Source: a virus (Duplodnaviria; Caudoviricetes). From it: 64,000 nt of DNA. The position numbers and the translations under genes are program-made. The stretch spans positions 1-64,000 of IMG/VR virus record IMGVR_UViG_3300033463_000072. One strand, written 5' to 3'. Under the pieces are notes generated by a model. That model was not told where the DNA came from. It did not search any database and saw nothing but the letters and a program-made list of their open reading frames with translations. Positions 58,508-64,000 of this stretch are shown piece after piece (position 1 is the first letter of the stretch; each line of letters begins with the position of its first letter).

Positions 58508-58654
58508 ATGAACTATATGAGAGCCATGTGTACCGCCCTTTGTATCGCACAGATTTGGGCGCTTGGTGCGGACAAAACATATCAGAAAGTAATAGCATAT
58601 ATCTTTGCTATTCTTGCATGGGTACTGTGCGTATGGGTAATACCTTGGGACTAA
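58508..58654 (+). CDS. small membrane protein (48 aa)
   Basis: AGGAGTGA RBS; stop in hairpin loop. Confidence 0.65.
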   Translation: MNYMRAMCTALCIAQIWALGADKTYQKVIAYIFAILAWVLCVWVIPWD

Positions 58655-58703
58655 TCCCAAGGTTTATGTTTAGGTGTTAAACACCTAATAGTATAGTATC
58701 GCA

Positions 58704-59009
58704 TTACTGCGATACAAATACTTTCTTATATTCTTCACTGTGCTTACCAATATAAACGGCAAGACCATCGCTTCTCGGCCACTCAAATCTGTCACCACGA
58801 ATTGTACGGACAATCTGAAGCAACACGTCATAAGGATAGAAGATTATACTTGCCCACCGCCGCGGCCGAATAATCAACACGCAACCGCTTTTGAGATTAT
58901 ATGCCACGCACTTAAACAGACGTCGTTTCCACGGGCGCATCCAACTGACATAGCCATAGCATACATCTCGCCATACTGCCACTGGTAAATGTTTCACATA
59001 CTCTTTCAT
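58704..59009 (-). CDS. hypothetical basic protein in inverted cassette
   Basis: - strand promoter 59040-59067, GGAGGAG RBS, stop-in-loop hairpin. Confidence 0.75.
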   Translation of the reverse strand: MKEYVKHLPVAVWRDVCYGYVSWMRPWKRRLFKCVAYNLKSGCVLIIRPRRWASIIFYPYDVLLQIVRTIRGDRFEWPRSDGLAVYIGKHSEEYKKVFVSQ

Positions 59010-59154
59010 CGTTCCACTCCTCTCCCTGATTACATTTACATTATAGCATAAAGTCTATAAATTGCAATAGGATAATTTAGGTGTTAAACACCTAAAATTA
59101 AAGTTTGACAAATATTAAATTTATGATATAATTCTATTGTAAGGAGGGATATGC

Positions 59155-59307
59155 ATGGGTAAGAAGAAGAAGCAGAAACCCAAAACTTGGGTTGAAGTGT
59201 TTCAATCCGAGCGTAAAACGTTTCCTCAAGGTTACTGCGTAAGTCGAGTGATAGAGGACAAGCGCAATAAACCGCCGAAGCATAAGAAAGGATGGGAAGA
59301 AGAATGA
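59155..59307 (+). CDS. small basic protein (50 aa)
   Basis: AAGGAGG RBS; MGKKKKQK...PPKHK. Confidence 0.7.
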   Translation: MGKKKKQKPKTWVEVFQSERKTFPQGYCVSRVIEDKRNKPPKHKKGWEEE

Positions 59308-59582
59308 AGCTCTATACTGTTGAAAGAATTAGTCATCGTAAAGATGATTCCATTTCGGAAATTCAAGGTGTATATTCCAGCCTTCATAATACCTATGTTG
59401 CTATCGGACAAGAACTGAAAGAGGATAAAATTAACATTAATCTGATTAGCAAAACTAAGTACAGTATTGATGTACCCGAAGAAGCAACGGATGGTTGGAT
59501 TTATCCTCATACTTATCATATCGAAAGTCATGTGCTTGACTGTGATATTGACGAGGACGATGACGAAAATGATGATGATTAA
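59304..59582 (+). CDS. hypothetical protein with acidic tail
   Basis: ATGA overlap with upstream gene. Confidence 0.7.
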   Translation: MKLYTVERISHRKDDSISEIQGVYSSLHNTYVAIGQELKEDKININLISKTKYSIDVPEEATDGWIYPHTYHIESHVLDCDIDEDDDENDDD

Positions 59583-59799
59583 ATTCATTAGCCGAGTTAT
59601 TCGGCACGATATTGACACCGGACACAAACTCAAAGAACGTGGAATCCATGTATTCGGTTCAATCTATAAAGTGCATATGCCTTATAAGGGAAAACCGTGG
59701 ACATATTTTTGGCTTCGTAGTGAACTGAATGATGACTTAAAGTATTGGTATCGTGTAACTGATTACTTCTTCATTGAAAGTAAGAAAGGATGGAAATAA
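59569..59799 (+). CDS. hypothetical protein
   Basis: GAGGA RBS; operonic. Confidence 0.65.
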   Translation: MMMIKFISRVIRHDIDTGHKLKERGIHVFGSIYKVHMPYKGKPWTYFWLRSELNDDLKYWYRVTDYFFIESKKGWK

Positions 59800-59800
59800 T

Positions 59801-60187
59801 ATGAGTATCCTTCAGGTAATTACTTGCTATGATGTTAAAGTATTGTTAGATGTAGCAATTATTGGCATTATAGCGTGCGCCATTAGTGGTATAGTCATTT
59901 ATATTTTACACGACGATTATAACACTCCCGCTACTGTAATAAAAATGATTTTTCTGTTCGTTTTCGTTATAGGTTTTATCCTCATTGCAATCGGTGGTGC
60001 AACCAAAACAACTACCCCTTCCGAAACTAAACGAACCTACGTAGTAACAATCACTGATAACGATATGTATCCCAAACTTTATGAACAGGGCTATACTATC
60101 GAACGTCAGTATGACATGGGTAATGTTTATAAGATTACCGGCCCGATTATCGAAAATGAATCCGACTATATGGAAAATGGGACTTGA
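59801..60187 (+). CDS. 2-TM membrane protein, paralog of 53830..54180
   Basis: Two hydrophobic helices + TYVVTITD..Y..L...GY...Y.ITG domain. Confidence 0.8.
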   Translation: MSILQVITCYDVKVLLDVAIIGIIACAISGIVIYILHDDYNTPATVIKMIFLFVFVIGFILIAIGGATKTTTPSETKRTYVVTITDNDMYPKLYEQGYTIERQYDMGNVYKITGPIIENESDYMENGT

Positions 60188-60301
60188 AATCCCATTTCCA
60201 AATCTTTAGGTGTTAAACACCTAATTAAATGAATTGACAAATCCTATAACTTGAAGTAATATATAATTGTTCCAAGAGGAACAAAGAAGGAGGAATGGAA
60301 A

Positions 60302-60448
60302 ATGGGTACTCTGTATGTAGCAAAAAGTTTTGGACGATATTTCTTCTTTAAGACAGAAGCAGAGCGTGATGCTTACGTGGAAACTCTGCCGGAATGGGAA
60401 AAGAAGTATGTCCAGCTCTCTGTTAGCCGCTTTGGGAAGGTGACCTAA
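60302..60448 (+). CDS. hypothetical protein (48 aa)
   Basis: Own promoter, AAGGAGG RBS. Confidence 0.7.
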   Translation: MGTLYVAKSFGRYFFFKTEAERDAYVETLPEWEKKYVQLSVSRFGKVT

Positions 60449-60449
60449 T

Positions 60450-60662
60450 ATGACTACAAGGGTGTATTACATGCCGAATAATAACGTTTCTCGGCTACTG
60501 CTCAACTCCATGTTCTCTCGTGTTGGTTGTAGTATCGGTGAAATCACAACCAACCCCACACATGAAACTATACGAGTTCCTATCACTTGTGAGGATAAGG
60601 ATATTCGTACTGTTGAAAGAATACTCAAACTCTATGGAATTATAGGAGATGTGAAAAAATGA
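60450..60662 (+). CDS. hypothetical protein
   Basis: Operonic ORF. Confidence 0.65.
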   Translation: MTTRVYYMPNNNVSRLLLNSMFSRVGCSIGEITTNPTHETIRVPITCEDKDIRTVERILKLYGIIGDVKK

Positions 60663-60919
60663 GTAACACAAGAACATCAACAACAACGTCTGGTGTCGGT
60701 ATTCTCGAACTTCTGACAGTGGCCTTCGTAATCCTTAAACTGTGCCATGTCATTGACTGGTCATGGTGGTGGGTACTCGCGCCCACATGGATTCCTCTGG
60801 CATTCGCCGCTGTGATTCTGATCGTTTGCGGTATCATCAAACTGATCGGGTGGATTCTCGGTCGCAGACGCCGCAAGCAGAGAGAACAGTTTGTCTTTAC
60901 CTCCCGTTCCCGCACATGA
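60659..60919 (+). CDS. conserved small phage membrane protein (LKL..VIDWSWWWV..P motif)
   Basis: Motif and two TM helices; stop in hairpin loop. Confidence 0.75.
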   Translation: MSNTRTSTTTSGVGILELLTVAFVILKLCHVIDWSWWWVLAPTWIPLAFAAVILIVCGIIKLIGWILGRRRRKQREQFVFTSRSRT

Positions 60920-60995
60920 TGCGGGAATTTTTATTTAGGTGTTAAACACCTAAAACTAACTGTTGACATATTAGTATCAATAGTATATACTATAA

Positions 60996-61282
60996 TTGTT
61001 CCAAGAGAGATCACTGATTCACACTAATCGGCCTCTCGGAAAACCGTTGTTAGACCAAGAGTTGAATCGATAACAAAACTCTCGGCGGTTTAGAAGTTTG
61101 CTTTCTGGTTGCGATTGTGCTTCTTCCGTGAAGAGAAGCAGAAACGGGGAACCGGTAGCGATTGTGAATCAAAAGACCTACAACCGGAGATCAGAGGAGT
61201 CATGACCCGAGATCAAAGGAATTGTTATCTTAGAGGTCACAAAAAAGAGACAGTAAACAGTGTGGTTTACTGTCTTGCGCTA
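60996..61282 (+). ncRNA. candidate large structured RNA (~285 nt)
   Basis: Promoter 60963-60991; five or more long hairpins; 11-bp terminal hairpin; no RBS-led ORF. Confidence 0.6.
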
Positions 61283-61399
61283 GATCCAAATTTAGGTGTT
61301 AAACACCTAACTGTATCTATTGCATTTTCACAATAGTATGATATAATACTTATGAAAAGTGAAGGACACACTATAACACCGGAAAGGATTTAAAATCGT

Positions 61400-61774
61400 A
61401 TGGCACAGAATTTCATGGACAGAATGTCGGAAATCGGTGAAGAGAGAGTTCGTCTTGCGGTTGAGCGGAGAATGGCGGTAATTCGCCGGGAAGCGGAAGA
61501 GAGAGAGGAAGAGAAGCGGGGTTTTCTGCAGGAGCTGGCTCCTGCTCTGACCAAATACAGTGAAACCAAAGAGCTGTTTACCACTTATAAGCTCGGAAAA
61601 GCTGTCTATGGTCGTCGTTATCTGGATTCGGATCAGATCAATGGTGAGTATTATTGTTTCGTTTTGCCTGCAAAGATCGGCGCGACCCTTCAGGAACTGG
61701 CTGAAATCGGTGTTCTGAAGTGCATCGAAGGTGTCAATAATCCCTACTGCCCCTATCTGTATCAGTTCGCCTAA
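61400..61774 (+). CDS. hypothetical protein (coiled N-terminus, winged-helix-like C-terminus)
   Basis: Own promoter, RBS, terminator. Confidence 0.7.
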   Translation: MAQNFMDRMSEIGEERVRLAVERRMAVIRREAEEREEEKRGFLQELAPALTKYSETKELFTTYKLGKAVYGRRYLDSDQINGEYYCFVLPAKIGATLQELAEIGVLKCIEGVNNPYCPYLYQFA

Positions 61775-61832
61775 GCACCCTACGGGGTGCCCTTTTTATT
61801 AGGTGTTAAACACCTAATTGGGATTCTGCCGA

Positions 61833-62135
61833 TTACGGCAGAGTATCTTCTTTATCTTTCGATCTATCTCTAAAAATCCAATAGAAAACCGCACAGACTC
61901 CACAAATCAGAAGCAACAGACCTTTTCCGACAAGTGTAATAACTATCGCAGGCAAGGTAACTATCGTAGCAAGAACCATACAAATGATTCTACCAGCAAG
62001 ATTCAACTCGCCTTTAGTGGCGCGCCAAATCCAATCCAAGTGTCCGAAGGTTTCTTCAGTTGCGGCATTAAGCGCCCCAACCGCAACATTCACGAAGAAA
62101 AGAATAAAGAAAAGAATTACCCAAACGATCGTCAT
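61833..62135 (-). CDS. membrane protein in inverted segment
   Basis: AAGGAG RBS; hydrophobic helices; stop-in-loop hairpin. Confidence 0.75.
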   Translation of the reverse strand: MTIVWVILFFILFFVNVAVGALNAATEETFGHLDWIWRATKGELNLAGRIICMVLATIVTLPAIVITLVGKGLLLLICGVCAVFYWIFRDRSKDKEDTLP

Positions 62136-62154
62136 AATTTATTTCTCCTTTAAA

Positions 62155-62352
62155 TTATCCTACTAATCCACCAGCAACAACAATTCCCAAGAATACCAGC
62201 GCCAAACCGAGAAGAGTAAGTAACACAAATATACCGGTAAATATATAATCACCATCTCCAAAAGACTCTTTGATTCCAAGAATTGTTAATCCAGTTCCAG
62301 CAAGACCAGCACAGATACACAGTGTTGCCATTATAATTCGTATCCACAGCAT
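62155..62352 (-). CDS. 2-TM small membrane protein
   Basis: AAGGAGG RBS before ATG 62352. Confidence 0.7.
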   Translation of the reverse strand: MLWIRIIMATLCICAGLAGTGLTILGIKESFGDGDYIFTGIFVLLTLLGLALVFLGIVVAGGLVG

Positions 62353-62365
62353 TTTACCATCCTCC

Positions 62366-62557
62366 TTACTTACAGAAAAATAATCCAATTCCCAAACCGA
62401 GTATAATTACTCCCGAAAGGCAAACTATTATACTGCCGACAAACAGTTCAAAATCGTCCCTGTCCCTGATATTTTCACGCAGTAGTGAAACACCACCGCA
62501 AAAAAGAAATATTCCCGCAAAAATGGTCATTATTGCTACGAGGTATACTCCTATCAC
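62366..62557 (-). CDS. 2-TM small membrane protein
   Basis: GTG start, hydrophobic pattern similar to neighbour. Confidence 0.7.
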   Translation of the reverse strand: MIGVYLVAIMTIFAGIFLFCGGVSLLRENIRDRDDFELFVGSIIVCLSGVIILGLGIGLFFCK

Positions 62558-62558
62558 A

Positions 62559-62834
62559 TTACCATCCCCTTATCTTTCTTCTCAGATTATCATACCAACT
62601 CGGTACATACTGTGTAACAATAAACACTTCATAACGGTCAAAGCGAGTTGTACCATCAGACCGCTTGACTACCTTATACATAGTATGACCTTTCCAAACA
62701 TGCTTGCCATACTCATAGATATAATTGAGAATAGCAAAGTCATCAAGAGTAGGAAGAAAGTCCTGTTCCATATAAGAATACTGTTCCGTATCCGCATTAA
62801 ACAGACAAACTCTTTTAATCTTAATCGCTTTCAT
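62559..62834 (-). CDS. hypothetical protein
   Basis: - strand promoter 62857-62884, AAGGAG RBS. Confidence 0.7.
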   Translation of the reverse strand: MKAIKIKRVCLFNADTEQYSYMEQDFLPTLDDFAILNYIYEYGKHVWKGHTMYKVVKRSDGTTRFDRYEVFIVTQYVPSWYDNLRRKIRGW

Positions 62835-62979
62835 CCTTCCATCTCCTTTCATAAGCATTATATCATATCTATAAAATAAATCAATACACATATTTAGGTG
62901 TTCAACACATAAATATATTAGTTGACATTCTATATATCATATGATAGAATGACTATGGTAAATGAAAGGAGTTGAAGGA

Positions 62980-63429
62980 ATGAAAACTATCTTCTTCGAT
63001 ATGGACGGTACACTGAATCGTCTGTATGACTACCCTAATTGGTTGGAAAAACTGCGTGCATTTGACCCCTCTCCGTATGCCGAAGCTGAGGTTAATCTTA
63101 ATATGAGTCTGTTGGCGCGGTATCTGAATAAACTGCGTACAATGGGATTCCGGGTGGAAATCATCAGCTGGCTTTCCCAGATTCCCAATCCTGCTTATGA
63201 CCAGGCTGTAACCGCTGAAAAGTATAGCTGGCTGGATAAGCATCTCGGCTCTGTTGAGTTTGATGCTATCCATATCACGGCCTATGGTGTCCCGAAGCAG
63301 AACTTTATCACCGAAGAGGATGACATTCTTTTCGATGATAACGCCGCCATCCGTCAGGCATGGACAGGGCAAGCCTATGAACCGTCTGAAATTCTGACTG
63401 TTCTGTACAATCTCATCAAGGGGAATTAA
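62980..63429 (+). CDS. HAD-family 5'(3')-deoxyribonucleotidase-like phosphatase
   Basis: FFDMDGTL motif I, EKYSWL, ILFDDN motif IV. Confidence 0.85.
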   Translation: MKTIFFDMDGTLNRLYDYPNWLEKLRAFDPSPYAEAEVNLNMSLLARYLNKLRTMGFRVEIISWLSQIPNPAYDQAVTAEKYSWLDKHLGSVEFDAIHITAYGVPKQNFITEEDDILFDDNAAIRQAWTGQAYEPSEILTVLYNLIKGN

Positions 63430-63549
63430 TCCCCTTTACTTAATTTAGGTGTTCAACACCTAAAATATAGTTTTGACAAATACGTACAACTATGGTACAA
63501 TATGTATGCAATAGAGGAAGGATACCTCACAAACCGAAGGAGTTACGAT

Positions 63550-64000
63550 TTGAGTTATTGTATCGTATTAGATACTGAAACAACCGGACTTGACAAGCCT
63601 TTCTGTTATGATTGTTCGTGGGTTATCATGGACATGGACAATGGCGAGCTGGTCGATTGTCAGTGTAACGTTGTGGAACAAGTATGGCATAACCTGCCCT
63701 TGTTTGAATCCGCATACTACAAAGAAAAGCGTCAGAAATACGTGGAAATGATGCGGAAGCATGATGCCCTCATGGACAAATGGGGTTATATCATGCGAAA
63801 GCTGAAACAGGACATTAAAAAGTATGAAATTACTGCGGTTTATGCGTACAACTCAACCTTTGACGATAAGGTTATTCGCTACAACTGCGAGTGGTTTCAT
63901 TGTAACAATCCCCTTGATAATATTCCGGTTTATGACATATGGGGATATGCAAGCCAGTTTATCACAAATGGTCTGGGTTATCGGCTATTTTGTGAAAACA
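63550..64000 (+). CDS. DEDDh 3'-5' exonuclease (partial, runs off window)
   Basis: TTG start with AAGGAG RBS; VLDTETTG ExoI and AYNSTFD ExoII motifs. Confidence 0.8.
   Translation, partial: MSYCIVLDTETTGLDKPFCYDCSWVIMDMDNGELVDCQCNVVEQVWHNLPLFESAYYKEKRQKYVEMMRKHDALMDKWGYIMRKLKQDIKKYEITAVYAYNSTFDDKVIRYNCEWFHCNNPLDNIPVYDIWGYASQFITNGLGYRLFCEN

Larger units (their letters stand above)
50402..63465. repeat. dispersed 23-bp palindrome ATTTAGGTG-TTNNW-CACCTAAAT at cassette junctions
   Basis: Full copies start at 51082, 51366, 51566, 51861, 52192, 52557, 52964, 53387, 53794, 54241, 54566, 54819, 55224, 55882, 56175, 56619, 57124, 57751, 58668, 59075, 60204, 60933, 61290, 61797, 62892, 63443; half-sites at 50402, 50418, 50761, 51038. 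Confidence 0.97.
51112..63501. promoter_or_regulatory. series of ~26 near-consensus sigmaA promoters, each starting 6-9 bp from a palindrome
   Basis: e.g. TTGACA 51112/TATAAT 51135; TTGCAT 51596/TATAAT 51619; TTGACA 57781/TATACT 57804; TTGACA 63473/TACAAT 63496; - strand promoters at 54206-54233, 59040-59067, 62857-62884; spacers 16-18 bp. Confidence 0.9.

Noticed and set aside
51082-63465. CRISPR array interpretation of the 23-bp repeats
   Set aside because: Intervals are 200-1100 bp, irregular, and contain promoters and genes; no cas genes are present.
51082-63465. Classical integron attC sites (several sites contain GTTRRRY, e.g. GTTAAAC)
   Set aside because: No RYYYAAC/R'' partner 50-130 bp upstream, many spacers break RRR, cassettes carry their own promoters, and no IntI is seen. 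Kept only as an analogy.
1317-63762. Many 60-150-aa ORF-track entries antisense to or overlapping called genes (e.g. 3987-, 30124+, 42744+, 49750-, 57162-, 62953-)
   Set aside because: No RBS, no protein-like composition, and fully explained as shadow frames of real genes.
49400-64000. Suppressor tRNA-CUA among the non-coding cassettes
   Set aside because: No TTCRA T-loop, cloverleaf or CCA end recognised; it may lie outside the window.

Overview
This 64 kb window is part of a large tailed (siphovirus-like, SPbeta-style head/tail module) phage genome, probably infecting an anaerobic Firmicute (sigmaA-type promoters, AGGAGG RBSs, class III RNR). It has three blocks. (1) 1-15.6 kb, + strand: replication and nucleotide metabolism (primase, RecJ, DnaE, NrdH/NrdD/NrdG, GIY-YIG nuclease, dUTPase, RuvC-like resolvase). 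(2) 15.7-49.3 kb, - strand: morphogenesis operon. It looks shattered in the ORF track, but the fragments of each gene are in one frame and break only at TAG wherever I checked. The phage therefore reads TAG as an amino acid, most likely Gln (code 15). Read this way it gives intact terminase, portal, adaptor, ~3714-aa tape measure, Dit and ~2147-aa tail proteins. (3) 49.6-64 kb: an array of about 25 self-contained expression cassettes (promoter, small ORF(s) or a structured non-coding RNA, hairpin terminator). Each junction carries one 23-bp palindrome, ATTTAGGTG-TTNNW-CACCTAAAT (26 full copies plus half-sites). The palindrome also sits at head-to-head and at promoter-less tail-to-tail junctions, and three inverted segments are bounded by it. 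This suggests a cassette-shuffling or boundary system rather than a plain operator. No recombinase, suppressor tRNA or lysis gene was recognised in the window. All calls come from motif reading by eye; no database search was run.
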